Source of the DNA: Candidatus Doudnabacteria bacterium
GTDB taxonomy: Bacteria > Patescibacteriota > Doudnabacteria > UBA920
NCBI GenBank assembly: GCA_038230955.1
Contig: JBBRMG010000002.1
Location: 1,199 to 65,198 of the forward strand
Direction of reading: 5' to 3'
Length of the DNA stretch: 64,000 nucleotides
Part shown: one piece after another, positions 10,899-20,646 of the stretch
Layout: the number at the start of each line of letters is the position of its first letter
Numbering within the stretch: position 1 is the stretch's first letter
The notes under the pieces: model-generated
Told to the model about the DNA's origin: nothing
Seen by the model: only the letters and a program-made list of their open reading frames with translations
The model's database searches: none
Made by a program: the position numbers and the translations under genes

Positions 10899-11641
10899 TA
10901 TTCTTCCAATTTAAACCGCCATAACACCAAGGCCAACAAAATGGCCAACCATAATAGCAGCGGCCACAAGTTCTGGCTCAATGCATAGGCATGTGCCGGT
11001 TGAGTGTATAGATCTCGCAACCCAGTGGCTAAATAAGTCACCGGTAAAAACTTAGCCACAGTTTGCAAAGACCCAGGCAGTGTTGAGATTGGGTAAAAAA
11101 TACCGCCTAGAAATGTCATGGGAATACTGACCAGTGCCGTAATAGGAGCAGCAGATTCATATGTTAATGCGACTGTAGAAATCAATAGCCCTACCAATAA
11201 AAATATTAACCCGCCAATTAATCCAAAGAGTAGTACCGACAAAAAGTTACCGTAAAACGTCGCGCCGAAGAAGACAATGCCAACTAATGTTAGCACCACC
11301 ATTTGCAAAATTATCATGAGCACCCGAGCGGCAAGCAAACTAAGAATTAACTCTGACTTACTGATCGGTGTCACCAAAAATCTTTTCAGCACTCCGCGTG
11401 ATTTAATATCAATCATCCAGTAAGCCAAGCTATAAGTGCCGGTCTGCATTATCATCCAAGCAATCACTCCTGGGAGGACAAAATCTGAATAGCGGACATG
11501 TTCAACCAAACGCCCTATAGGCAAAACGGACAATGCTAAGTAAACTCCTATCGGCATAGCGATAGTAAAGAACAATCCCCCGGCGTTGCGGTAAATTAAT
11601 TTTAAATTCATTAAAAACAATTGTACAAAACTTTTTGTCAT
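10898..11641 (-). CDS. ABC-2 type transporter permease
   Basis: 247 aa, six predicted TM segments, immediately downstream of the ATPase gene. Confidence 0.75.
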   Translation of the reverse strand: MTKSFVQLFLMNLKLIYRNAGGLFFTIAMPIGVYLALSVLPIGRLVEHVRYSDFVLPGVIAWMIMQTGTYSLAYWMIDIKSRGVLKRFLVTPISKSELILSLLAARVLMIILQMVVLTLVGIVFFGATFYGNFLSVLLFGLIGGLIFLLVGLLISTVALTYESAAPITALVSIPMTFLGGIFYPISTLPGSLQTVAKFLPVTYLATGLRDLYTQPAHAYALSQNLWPLLLWLAILLALVLWRFKLEE

Positions 11642-11643
11642 GT

Positions 11644-12600
11644 CTATATGTCCTCGTAGGAACGTCCGGTTAAATCTAAATACACGTCTTCAAGGCTGGC
11701 GGTCCGAACTGTGAATCCACTGAATCGAATATGTTTCGATTTCAACAGCTCAACAATGGCAGAGATAGAATCCAAAGATTTTACTTCTAGCACCACTTTT
11801 GGGTGATCGCCATACACTTTTGCAATATTATCAATACCTTTCCAAAAACCCTCAGTCAACTGTTCGTTAACCAAAAACGCCACTTGGGTTGTATGAGATA
11901 AATCTTCGATCAAAGTTTTTGGTTCATTGATTGTTAGAATCTCGCCACTGTCCATAATGGCGACCCTGTCACACAAAAACTCTGCTTCTTCCATGTAATG
12001 AGTAGTCATCACGATAGTAATCCCTCGTTTGTTTATCATCCGAACTAGCTCCCATACATCGCGCCGAGCTCTAGGATCTAAACCTGTAGTGGGCTCGTCT
12101 AGAAATAAAATTTCTGGATCATTCACCAATGACGAAGCTAAAGTAAATCGTTGCTTTTCACCACCTGACAAATCTTTGACTTGCGAATGTAGCTTATCGG
12201 TCAAGTTTACAAAACCCAAAAGTTTTTCAATATCCGCCGAACGATTGTAAAAAGAAGCAAACAAATCTAACAACTCTGAAAGATCCATCGATTGCATATA
12301 ATGGCTAGATTGCAACTGTACCCCAATTCGCTTTTTAATATCTGTTGACTGAGATAAATTATCTAAGCCTAGTACTGACACAGTACCAGCTGACTGTTTC
12401 TTTAACCCCTCAATAATTTCCAAGGTTGTGGTTTTGCCAGCACCGTTTGGGCCTAATATACCAAAAATTTCTCCCTGCTTCACAGCGAAGGAGATTCCTT
12501 TTACAGCTTCAAATATGGTTTGTCCTTCTTTCCGGTCCGCCCGAGGCAAGGGGTAGGTTTTTGTCAGTCCGATAATTTCAATCACATTTTCCATGGACAC
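11644..12600 (-). CDS. ABC transporter ATP-binding protein
   Basis: Walker A GPNGAGKTTT, signature LSGGEKQR, Walker B LFLDEPTTGLD. Confidence 0.9.
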   Translation of the reverse strand: MSMENVIEIIGLTKTYPLPRADRKEGQTIFEAVKGISFAVKQGEIFGILGPNGAGKTTTLEIIEGLKKQSAGTVSVLGLDNLSQSTDIKKRIGVQLQSSHYMQSMDLSELLDLFASFYNRSADIEKLLGFVNLTDKLHSQVKDLSGGEKQRFTLASSLVNDPEILFLDEPTTGLDPRARRDVWELVRMINKRGITIVMTTHYMEEAEFLCDRVAIMDSGEILTINEPKTLIEDLSHTTQVAFLVNEQLTEGFWKGIDNIAKVYGDHPKVVLEVKSLDSISAIVELLKSKHIRFSGFTVRTASLEDVYLDLTGRSYEDI

Positions 12601-12610
12601 AGTATATCAT

Positions 12611-12645
12611 AAAAAAACGGCTACATAGTGCGTGCTATGTAGCCC
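12611..12645 (-). terminator. rho-independent terminator
   Basis: ggctacatag-tgcgtgc-ctatgtagcc hairpin with a 7-nt A tract on the plus strand (a T tract on the minus strand), directly after the stop of the 12667..13176 gene. Confidence 0.7.
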
Positions 12646-12666
12646 AATGCGACTGCTTAATGTGAG

Positions 12667-13176
12667 TTAAGCTTTGGCCTTGTATTGCCTTACTTTCATG
12701 GCGACATACAAGGGCGCAGCGATTGCAATAATCACATTACAAATCACTAATCCTAGAACCCAAAAATGAAACTTGAACCCCAGTAATATCCAGTAAGCCC
12801 AACCGCTCTCCCAGGCAAAAACAGCCGCGATGGCAGCCGCCGGTCCGAATAAAATTGGGATCCACAACATTTTCGTAAAGACATTGTTGTTCTTCCAATT
12901 TTCATACGGATGCTTTTCCCAGTCCCAATCATTTTCCGTCAATCCTTTGTACCAACCGGAACGATGAATTAGCAATGCGAATAGGGCCATAAACCCCGTT
13001 CCTGATACCGCCACCAATTCCATGATATAGCGGATTTCAATTGCTTTAGGAAACGCCGCATGCATTCCGGCTAGCAAGAATAAAGTTGCCAAGAGAAGAC
13101 CCAGCACAGAGTACTGAGTACTATTAAAGCTGTTTATTTCATCAGCCCGTTCTTTTATAGATGTATAATAATCCAT
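12667..13176 (-). CDS. hypothetical integral membrane protein
   Basis: 169 aa with multiple hydrophobic helices. A terminator follows it. Confidence 0.55.
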   Translation of the reverse strand: MDYYTSIKERADEINSFNSTQYSVLGLLLATLFLLAGMHAAFPKAIEIRYIMELVAVSGTGFMALFALLIHRSGWYKGLTENDWDWEKHPYENWKNNNVFTKMLWIPILFGPAAAIAAVFAWESGWAYWILLGFKFHFWVLGLVICNVIIAIAAPLYVAMKVRQYKAKA

Positions 13177-13309
13177 TTTACTCCTTATTTATCCTCGTAT
13201 TCTATTGTGAAAGATCTATATCTAATAATAGAATACCATACCTCAACCACATCGTCTCGTCAATATGTGACACTAGGCTTAGTGAGTACAACAGTATATA
13301 ATTAACGGT

Positions 13310-15367
13310 ATGAAATTCAAGATCAAAACTGAATATAGCCCGGCGGGCGATCAACCACAAGCAATCAAGGGGCTACTCAGTTCTTTGGCGGATGGTTACC
13401 GGCACCAGACGCTACTCGGCGTCACCGGTTCCGGCAAAACATACACCATGGCTAACGTGATTGAGAAAATCCAAAAACCAACTCTAATAATGTGTCACAA
13501 CAAAACTTTGGCCGCACAATTAGCTTCCGAATTCCAGCACTACTTTCCTGACAATGCCGTGCACTACTTCGTCTCCTACTACGACTACTACCAACCTGAA
13601 GCCTATATCGCTCGATCCGACACTTACATTGAAAAAGAAACCACAATTAACGAAGAGATTGACCGACTACGGAATGCCGCCACACAGTCTTTGCTGTCAC
13701 GGCCAGACACGCTAATTGTGGCTTCCGTTTCCTGCATCTACGGTTTAGGTAACCCGGCTAATTATTTGGAGTTGTCTTTGGAAATAAAAAAGGGGCAGAG
13801 TTTAAAGCGAGACCGTCTGCTGCGTCGCTTAACGGATTTACAATTCTCGCGTAATGATTACGATTTGCACCGCGGTACTTACCGCGTTCAGGGCGATACT
13901 ATTGAAATTGTTTTAGCTTCGGAGGACACTATTATTCGTCTGAAATTTTTTGGTGATGATGTTGAAGAAATAGAACGTCTCCACATGATTACTGGCGAGA
14001 CGTTAGAAATGTTAGAAAAAGTGAAAATTTTCCCAGCTAAGCATTTCGTGACCCCAGAAGACAAAATGCCCATTGCTCTAGACCGCATTCGAGAAGAACT
14101 ATTGGGGCGCTTAGCTGAATTACGAACACAAGGCAAAATACTGGAAGCCGCTCGATTAGAACAGCGCACTAACTTCGACCTAGAAATGCTCACAAATACT
14201 GGGTTTGTCTCTGGGATTGAAAACTACTCCCGCCAAATGGAAGGGCGCGAACCCGGCGATCCTCCATCTACATTAATCGACTATTTCCCTGATGACTTCC
14301 TTTTAATGATAGACGAGTCGCATCAAACCATCCCTCAAATTGGTGGCATGTACGAAGGAGATAAATCGCGCAAAACCAATTTGATTGATTACGGTTTTCG
14401 TTTACCCTCAGCGTTAGATAATCGACCGTTAAAATTTGCCGAATTTGAAAACAAAATTGACCAAGTAGTGTTTGTATCAGCAACCCCCGGGCCTTATGAA
14501 ATTCGCAAAAGCTTAGATGAGAATTTTAAAGTCACCGACAAAAAGAAAACAATTATCAAAAAAGATTTAAGCAAAATTGCCATCGTCGAACAAATTAATC
14601 GCCCAACAGGATTAATAGACCCGACCATAGAACTACAGCCCATTAAAAACCAAGTAGACCATTTGTTAGAACAAATTCGCATTCGAATAGATTGCGGTGA
14701 GCGAGTCATTGTGACCACACTATCCAAACGAATGTCGGAAGAGTTAACCGAATACATTAAAGAGGCCGGGATTAAAGCACAGTACTTACACTCAGAAATT
14801 GAAACGTTCGAACGTCTAGAAACTCTGCGCGATTTGCGTCTCGGAGTTTATGATGTGGTCATTGGGATTAACTTACTGCGCGAAGGATTAGACTTACCGG
14901 AGGTGTCGTTGGTAGCAATCCTCGATGCGGACAAAGAAGGGTTTTTACGTTCTGAAACAGCGTTCATGCAAATCATGGGGCGCGCCGCTCGTCATTTGAA
15001 CGGCCACGTTATTATGTATGCTGATCGCATTACTAAGTCCATGCAAGCTGCCATAGATGAAACTACTCGGCGGCGCAAAATTCAAGAAGCATACAACACC
15101 GAGCATGGCATTACGCCAAAAAGCATCATCAAAAAAATTGCCGACTCAAGGCTTAGTGGCAGTCACCAAACTGCTGAAGATGACGGCTACCAAGGGGTAG
15201 AGATAGATCCATCTAAGTTGGACGCCACTCAGCTCAAATACTATGTCAATGAGCTCAATGACCGAATGGAACTGGCCGCTAAAGATATGGAATTTGAGCT
15301 GGCGGCACGGTTGCGGGACCGAATTGCCGAAATCAACAAAGTAAGGAAACTGAAGAAAAAGACCTAG
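13310..15367 (+). CDS. uvrB: excinuclease ABC subunit B
   Basis: LLGVTGSGKTYTMANVI, helicase motifs and a C-terminal UVR domain (ELAARLRDRIAEI). Confidence 0.95.
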   Translation: MKFKIKTEYSPAGDQPQAIKGLLSSLADGYRHQTLLGVTGSGKTYTMANVIEKIQKPTLIMCHNKTLAAQLASEFQHYFPDNAVHYFVSYYDYYQPEAYIARSDTYIEKETTINEEIDRLRNAATQSLLSRPDTLIVASVSCIYGLGNPANYLELSLEIKKGQSLKRDRLLRRLTDLQFSRNDYDLHRGTYRVQGDTIEIVLASEDTIIRLKFFGDDVEEIERLHMITGETLEMLEKVKIFPAKHFVTPEDKMPIALDRIREELLGRLAELRTQGKILEAARLEQRTNFDLEMLTNTGFVSGIENYSRQMEGREPGDPPSTLIDYFPDDFLLMIDESHQTIPQIGGMYEGDKSRKTNLIDYGFRLPSALDNRPLKFAEFENKIDQVVFVSATPGPYEIRKSLDENFKVTDKKKTIIKKDLSKIAIVEQINRPTGLIDPTIELQPIKNQVDHLLEQIRIRIDCGERVIVTTLSKRMSEELTEYIKEAGIKAQYLHSEIETFERLETLRDLRLGVYDVVIGINLLREGLDLPEVSLVAILDADKEGFLRSETAFMQIMGRAARHLNGHVIMYADRITKSMQAAIDETTRRRKIQEAYNTEHGITPKSIIKKIADSRLSGSHQTAEDDGYQGVEIDPSKLDATQLKYYVNELNDRMELAAKDMEFELAARLRDRIAEINKVRKLKKKT

Positions 15368-15397
15368 ATCAGCCCCCCGACCACCTAAAAGCCACAA

Positions 15398-15422
15398 AAG
15401 CCCTATATATTGGGGCTTTTTT
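15398..15422 (+). terminator. rho-independent terminator
   Basis: agccc-tatatatt-gggct followed by tttttt after uvrB. Confidence 0.6.
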
Positions 15423-15470
15423 ATTGGCTAAGGCCTTGCTGCTCTTCAGATTAGAATTTGCGCAAGTTAT

Positions 15471-15499
15471 TTGACAAAAAGCTTAGAATTAGGTATAAT
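15471..15499 (+). promoter_or_regulatory. sigma70-like promoter (TTGACA-17-TATAAT)
   Basis: Perfect consensus hexamers with a 17-nt spacer upstream of the 15563 ORF. Confidence 0.55.
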
Positions 15500-15562
15500 A
15501 CCATCAATCAAGGTTTTAATATCACCTTGTACGTTTAGTTCGAAAAGCCATAGGAGGCTAGA

Positions 15563-15967
15563 ATGTTAAAAGAGACACCAATCAAATCGACAACAGTTTT
15601 TTTGACAACAATCGTCAAATTTGGGTTAGTTTTGGGTATTGCTGCAGGTATTGCGGCTTTGGTGCTTGAGGCATCCAAACCACTCAATATCCCATCAATC
15701 AATTCGGCGAACATCGCTTCCATGTACGATAAAACGCACTGGAAGCTTAATGGAAAGATCGCAACGCCAGACGGATTATTGCTTTCGCTGGAATGCATCC
15801 AGTGCAACAAAAACAATGCCAATCAGGTTTCAGTGATGATTCACAATTCCCACAAAAACAGCGGCGAGTTGACAGTTAGGAAGACTTATTTTCTAACCGT
15901 CGCAGAGCCGCCGGCCGATGTCAAAAACCCAACAATCTTCGATTATCTTCAGTTCGATGAAGAATAG
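15563..15967 (+). CDS. hypothetical membrane-anchored protein
   Basis: 134 aa. AGGAGG RBS 6 nt upstream. N-terminal TM helix. Confidence 0.55.
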   Translation: MLKETPIKSTTVFLTTIVKFGLVLGIAAGIAALVLEASKPLNIPSINSANIASMYDKTHWKLNGKIATPDGLLLSLECIQCNKNNANQVSVMIHNSHKNSGELTVRKTYFLTVAEPPADVKNPTIFDYLQFDEE

Positions 15968-16037
15968 TCGAGATTCAGATTTTTTTTGAGCGTGCGAAAG
16001 TAACATTTTACTTCTCGTTGCGCTCTTTTCTTTTGCC

Positions 16038-16066
16038 TTGCCAAATCCCTATGTTTTTGCTACAAT
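16038..16066 (+). promoter_or_regulatory. sigma70-like promoter (TTGCCA-17-TACAAT) for rpsT
   Basis: Hexamers with a 17-nt spacer. About 115 nt of leader follows before rpsT. Confidence 0.5.
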
Positions 16067-16182
16067 CTTATGGCTTTACTAATGTTTTAAGGCTCTCAGG
16101 CTTTCCCGCCGTGTCACAATGGGATAAGGATGAGGCTGTCATAAAGCAGCAAGTTATATCAATGACAACTAATAATATTTAA

Positions 16183-16449
16183 ATGCCTAATACCAAGTCC
16201 GCGGCCAAAGCGATGCGCCAATCAGCCCGTCGCCACGTCGCAAACCTCAAGACCAAAGCTAAGGTCAAAGACGCAACCAAAAAAGTTCGCAAGAGCTTAG
16301 AAGCCAAGTCTGCCACCGAAGCCACCGCTGCATTACGTGGCGCCATGGCCGCTCTCGACAAAGCTGCTAAGAAAGGCGTCATTCACAAGAACACTGCCTC
16401 TCGCAAAAAGTCCCGCATGGCCAAGGCCATCGCCAAACTTTCTAAGTAA
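16183..16449 (+). CDS. rpsT: 30S ribosomal protein S20
   Basis: 88 aa, basic and Ala/Lys-rich. AAKKGVIHKNTASRKKSRM matches the S20 C-terminus. Confidence 0.9.
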   Translation: MPNTKSAAKAMRQSARRHVANLKTKAKVKDATKKVRKSLEAKSATEATAALRGAMAALDKAAKKGVIHKNTASRKKSRMAKAIAKLSK

Positions 16450-16453
16450 ACAT

Positions 16454-16521
16454 CAACACCTCTTATTGAGCTGAAACCAGTCGCTAACGCTCTAATGGTT
16501 TCTCTCTCAACAAGAGGTGTT
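16454..16521. terminator. inverted repeat / bidirectional terminator between convergent genes
   Basis: caacacctcttattgag ... ctcaacaagaggtgtt followed by tttttt. Confidence 0.5.
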
Positions 16522-16523
16522 TT

Positions 16524-17537
16524 TTATTTCTTGCTAATTAAATTAGCAATCAGCTGAACCATCACTTCTTTGTGGTCCGGCTTGCTTTCGGCAACCAAGA
16601 GCGCTATAGCCGTCAAAGCGTTATCAGAAATAATCCGCTCCCCTCTCCGATTATACACTCGATTGTTCTCTACTAAATATAACAGAAACAATAACGAACC
16701 AATGCGCTTGTTGCCATCAGCAAATGGATGATCTTTAATAGCGAAGTACAACAGATGCGCCGCTTTTTCTTCCATTGTTTGATACAGTACTTTGCCATCG
16801 AATGTTTGTTCAATATTTCCCAGCAATGCTTTTAGTTTATCTCCCACCTGTTTGCCAAATAAATCGCTGGCCTGCTTATCTTTCATTAAGCGAGCACGAA
16901 ACCGATCTACTGCTTTTGTTACTTTCTCGTGATCTAACGCCGCAATAACTTTCTTCGTACCTTTTTCCAAAACCAAATCATCTTTGTCATACTGATACAA
17001 CGTCGCCCAAGTATTGGCGTAGTCGGTAATAATATTGAGCACTTCCTTTTCATAACCTTCCAGCTGTTTGTTCTGAATAGCCGTTTGAATTAGGGAAACA
17101 GCCCCCTGCAGTTCTTTGACTTTAGCGACATTCTGATCTTTCAATCGCTGCTGGTTTACGGCGTACCCTTTTAGTAGATAATCACGCAGCCGCTGAGTGG
17201 CCCATATGCGGAACTGGGTGCCGCGTTTGGAATTAACTCTGTAGCCGACCGAAATAATCATGTCGATATTATAGAACTCAATTTCACGCTCTACTTGCCG
17301 TTTTCCTTCCATTTGAACTATCCGGAATTTCCGGATAGTTCGATTTTGGCTTAATTCAGACTCTTTATATACATTTTTAATATGTTCATTAATAGTTCTC
17401 AAGTCTTTACCAAACAATTCTGCCATCTGAGCTTGACTCAACCAAACAGTTTCATCTACAAAATTAACACGAATAACGGGACCTTCGTCAGTTTTATATA
17501 TTTCTATCTCACCTGTTTTAGGTTCATTTTTCCCCAT
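16524..17537 (-). CDS. RhuM-family protein with a C-terminal Fic/Doc domain
   Basis: N-terminus AQMAELFGKDLRTINEHIKNVY...IRKFRIVQMEGKRQVEREIEFYNIDMIISVGYRVNS is RhuM-like. C-terminus HPFADGNKRIGSLLF is the Doc/Fic HxFx(D)GNKR motif. Confidence 0.75.
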   Translation of the reverse strand: MGKNEPKTGEIEIYKTDEGPVIRVNFVDETVWLSQAQMAELFGKDLRTINEHIKNVYKESELSQNRTIRKFRIVQMEGKRQVEREIEFYNIDMIISVGYRVNSKRGTQFRIWATQRLRDYLLKGYAVNQQRLKDQNVAKVKELQGAVSLIQTAIQNKQLEGYEKEVLNIITDYANTWATLYQYDKDDLVLEKGTKKVIAALDHEKVTKAVDRFRARLMKDKQASDLFGKQVGDKLKALLGNIEQTFDGKVLYQTMEEKAAHLLYFAIKDHPFADGNKRIGSLLFLLYLVENNRVYNRRGERIISDNALTAIALLVAESKPDHKEVMVQLIANLISKK

Positions 17538-17655
17538 ATATTTTCTGATTACACACTACTACTCAAGAGTAACATACTCAAGATAAAATTTCGTTAAAGC
17601 TTTTGTAAATTCTATATAAAATTTCAGTTATACGGAAGCCCCCCGGTAGCTCACC

Positions 17656-18396
17656 TCAATTTATAAAAGGCTTCGCTGCTTGCCAGGCCATATCAAACAT
17701 CGCTTTCATGGTACCAACAATACTGACATCTTCAATGCGTACTACAAACAAGTTATTCTCGTGAATGCGAAACAGTGCCATGACATTGCCGTATATTGCA
17801 CTGTCGTTTTCAATCCCCTCTTTTGTGGCCAGTCTCGAAGAGTAATGCTTGCCCGCGGTTAAGGCATATCGCTTGGAACTACGGCGGGTTTCTGGGGTAT
17901 CAGCAATAATTTCCCGAGTTCGAATTTGATTCTGCTCAATAGTTTCGCTTAAGTGCGTAAAAGTATTGTGGAAGATATGTTCAAAAGTGGCTAAGTTAGT
18001 CCAAAATCTAATGTTGTTAGCCTGGCTAATTTCATCGTAAATTTGTTCCATCCCTTTTTTCCCGACCAATACACGCACCCCAGGCCGTCCCTGTTCCGCG
18101 TTTTGTATAGCTCGCAACTCTGGCATTGCCGCTTGCACGGCCTGCAGTTGCTCTTGCGCCCTTAGCTCCAGCAATTCCGGATTGGCTGGATAATAGTATT
18201 CTTTTTTCCCGAGCGGCACCTTCTCCAATAAGCCGTCTTTCATGAGTTGCTGGATATGAATGTAAGCTGTGGGACGTTTTAAATCAGCCTTTTGAGCCAG
18301 TGTTTGAACCGATGCCGTGCCTAAAGATAATGCTGCTAGGTAGATTTTAGCAGCTTTTTCATCAAACCCGAGGGTGGTTAATGTATTAGAATCCAT
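17656..18396 (-). CDS. TrmB-family transcriptional regulator (copy 1)
   Basis: N-terminal wHTH LGFDEKAAKIYLAALSLGTASVQTLAQKADLKRPTAYIHIQQL and a C-terminal effector domain ending MAWQAA. Start taken at MDSNTL (18396) rather than the ORF-track 18483. Confidence 0.75.
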   Translation of the reverse strand: MDSNTLTTLGFDEKAAKIYLAALSLGTASVQTLAQKADLKRPTAYIHIQQLMKDGLLEKVPLGKKEYYYPANPELLELRAQEQLQAVQAAMPELRAIQNAEQGRPGVRVLVGKKGMEQIYDEISQANNIRFWTNLATFEHIFHNTFTHLSETIEQNQIRTREIIADTPETRRSSKRYALTAGKHYSSRLATKEGIENDSAIYGNVMALFRIHENNLFVVRIEDVSIVGTMKAMFDMAWQAAKPFIN

Positions 18397-18424
18397 ATCA
18401 AAAGTATGGATTTTTTTTATTATT

Positions 18425-18443
18425 TTGTCAATAAAACTGACAA
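18425..18443. promoter_or_regulatory. palindromic candidate operator TTGTCA-N7-TGACAA
   Basis: ttgtcaataaaactgacaa lies between divergent TrmB copy 1 and the binding-protein gene at 18576. Confidence 0.45.
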
Positions 18444-18575
18444 AAATAAACAATATTAAGCAATATATCCCAATAAATGGCAAGTTATTATCCTATAATC
18501 AGTTTTGTCGTTAATTTTTCTGTCATTCTCTGCTATTCTTGTTCGTTAAACATTAATCAATAAGGAGCATGATAA

Positions 18576-19685
18576 ATGACTAGATATATCAAGGTATTAA
18601 TTATTGTTGTAGTAATTGTGGCAATTGCAATAATCGCTCATGGCATTACTGACAAAACCACTCCCGCAGCCAGCCAGGCTGGCTTAAAGATAGGATCCAT
18701 CCTGCCTTTAACTGGGGACTTCGCCTCATTCGGCAGCGAAATCAATCGGGGCGCAGAAATAGCGGTGGATGAAGCCAGACAGTCTGGCATTAATATAGAG
18801 TATGTTAGCGAGGATGATCGATCGGAACCCACCAAGTCAGTCGATGCGGCTAACAAGCTAGTTCACGCTGACAACGTAGACGTCGCCTTTACTGCCACCG
18901 TGCAGGAAGTAAAACCTACCGCGCCGATATTCAACAATGGCCAGACACCACTGATTGCAGTATGGGATAGCAATGACTTTATTAAAACCGCTGGCTCAAG
19001 CATCTTTACTACCGGCTTTGGCACGGAAGCCGCTGGTCAAACAATGGCTCGGCACGCACACAATACTTTAGGCTTACAAAAAGTAGCTGTCATACCAATG
19101 AAAGATGACTGGTCTAGCTTGATTGCCGATGCCTATATAAAAGAATTTACCAAGCTGGGTGGCACAGTTACCATGAGCGAACAAACAAGCGCTAACCAAA
19201 AAGATTTTCGCACTCTAATTGCCAAAGCCCAAAATTCTGGAGCAGAAGGAATCTATGCACCACTGTTGCCTCAAGCCGGTGGTCCATTCCTAAAGCAAAC
19301 AAGAGAATTAAACTTCCATGGACCAATCATGATGGGCGATAGTTTTTCTCAGAACGATGTCAATGTCGCCAACGGTGCAGCTGAGAATGTCTACTTCACC
19401 AATTTGTACGCCAGCCAGACTGACCAGTTATCAGCCAAGTACAAAGCTAAGTTCAGCGCTACCCCGAGTGACCCAATCTTTGTCTCATTCGGCTACGACG
19501 CCATTAAAACTATTATTGCAGCACATCACAAAGCAATCGATGATAAAACATCCATTAAGCAAGCGTTACTTAACACGAAATTGCAAGGCACTGGCACTCT
19601 GATTAATTTTAACGGCAAACAATATTCGGAGCGATTAGAAAAACTGTACCAAGTGAAGAATGGACGGTTCATCGAGATAAAGTAA
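18576..19685 (+). CDS. periplasmic-binding-protein type 1 (Leu/Ile/Val-binding-like) solute-binding protein, orphan
   Basis: Signal/TM N-terminus then LKIGSILPLTGDFASFGSEINRGAEIAVDE, typical of the LivJ family. No permease or ATPase adjacent. Confidence 0.75.
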   Translation: MTRYIKVLIIVVVIVAIAIIAHGITDKTTPAASQAGLKIGSILPLTGDFASFGSEINRGAEIAVDEARQSGINIEYVSEDDRSEPTKSVDAANKLVHADNVDVAFTATVQEVKPTAPIFNNGQTPLIAVWDSNDFIKTAGSSIFTTGFGTEAAGQTMARHAHNTLGLQKVAVIPMKDDWSSLIADAYIKEFTKLGGTVTMSEQTSANQKDFRTLIAKAQNSGAEGIYAPLLPQAGGPFLKQTRELNFHGPIMMGDSFSQNDVNVANGAAENVYFTNLYASQTDQLSAKYKAKFSATPSDPIFVSFGYDAIKTIIAAHHKAIDDKTSIKQALLNTKLQGTGTLINFNGKQYSERLEKLYQVKNGRFIEIK

Positions 19686-19715
19686 GATAAAAGCCACCAG
19701 TTGCTGGTGGCTTTT

Positions 19716-20450
19716 TTACTCCATGACCTCTGCCGATCGCCAAGCCAACTCAAATAATGTTTTCAAAGACTGCGATACCTCGCGACTGGTAATCATTACT
19801 GCAAACAGTTCAGGCTGAAAAGAAAAAAATACTACACTATCACCAAACAATGCACTATCTGTCGGAAACGTTAAGCCAATAGGCACAAAACGGAATTGGT
19901 GATTCGGCATTTTCTGCGCCGCCTGGCGATACTCATCATCTTGAGGAGAATGAATAATTAACTCTTTTACTTGAATTCGCTTTTCACTAATGTTTTTTAA
20001 AAAACTTGCCAGTCCCTCGGGAAACATTTTTGCTACTTCTTGCGTAGTGCCAAACAGTGATACTCCACCTGAATTAAATATTTTTTCATAGACCTGCCTA
20101 ACCCCTTCTTTACCTTCATACAACTGCACTTGGGGTTTATCTTTTCGCTTGTTAAAAGAAGCTAATAATTGTGGGAGTGAGTGACTAAGTAAGTCCTGTT
20201 TCTTTTTTAAATCAAAGCTCAATTGCTCAGGTGATTCCGCAGCATACAAAATTTTCTTGTTGCGGGGAATTACATTGACCAAACCCTTTTGTTTTAGCTC
20301 ATCCAATACTAAATAAGTAGTCGGGCGTTTGATTCCCGCTTTCTGGGCAATTCCGTAAACAGAAGCTGTCCCTAGTTCCAATAAAGCCACATAAACGCTG
20401 GCTTGTTTTTCGTTTAGGCCTAATTTTTCCAATACTTCAATCATATCCAT
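19716..20450 (-). CDS. TrmB-family transcriptional regulator (copy 2)
   Basis: LGLNEKQASVYVALLELGTASVYGIAQKAGIKRPTTYLVLDEL wHTH. C-terminus ends LFELAWRSAE. Confidence 0.75.
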   Translation of the reverse strand: MDMIEVLEKLGLNEKQASVYVALLELGTASVYGIAQKAGIKRPTTYLVLDELKQKGLVNVIPRNKKILYAAESPEQLSFDLKKKQDLLSHSLPQLLASFNKRKDKPQVQLYEGKEGVRQVYEKIFNSGGVSLFGTTQEVAKMFPEGLASFLKNISEKRIQVKELIIHSPQDDEYRQAAQKMPNHQFRFVPIGLTFPTDSALFGDSVVFFSFQPELFAVMITSREVSQSLKTLFELAWRSAEVME

Positions 20451-20477
20451 AAATATATTATGACTGTTATTAACAGT

Positions 20478-20496
20478 TTGTCAACTATTCTGACGA
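20478..20496. promoter_or_regulatory. palindromic candidate operator TTGTCA-N7-TGACGA (second half-palindrome at 20553-20568)
   Basis: ttgtcaactattctgacga, plus tgtcagtagaattgac downstream. An adjacent perfect 15-nt palindrome actgttattaacagt is at 20463-20477. Confidence 0.45.
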
Positions 20497-20646
20497 ATTA
20501 ATATCGATATCAGTATTTTGCTTTAAATAAGTCATTTATAAGTTATTAGTAATGTCAGTAGAATTGACTATAACACTATTTTGTTATATAATCTGCTGTT
20601 AAATAAAAACAAAAAGGTTTCATCAATCATTAAGAACCAAAGAATC

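Noticed and set aside
17538-17655. Looked for a Phd-like antitoxin ORF upstream of the RhuM/Doc gene
   Set aside because: No ORF of 20 aa or more with an RBS in the 118-bp spacer.
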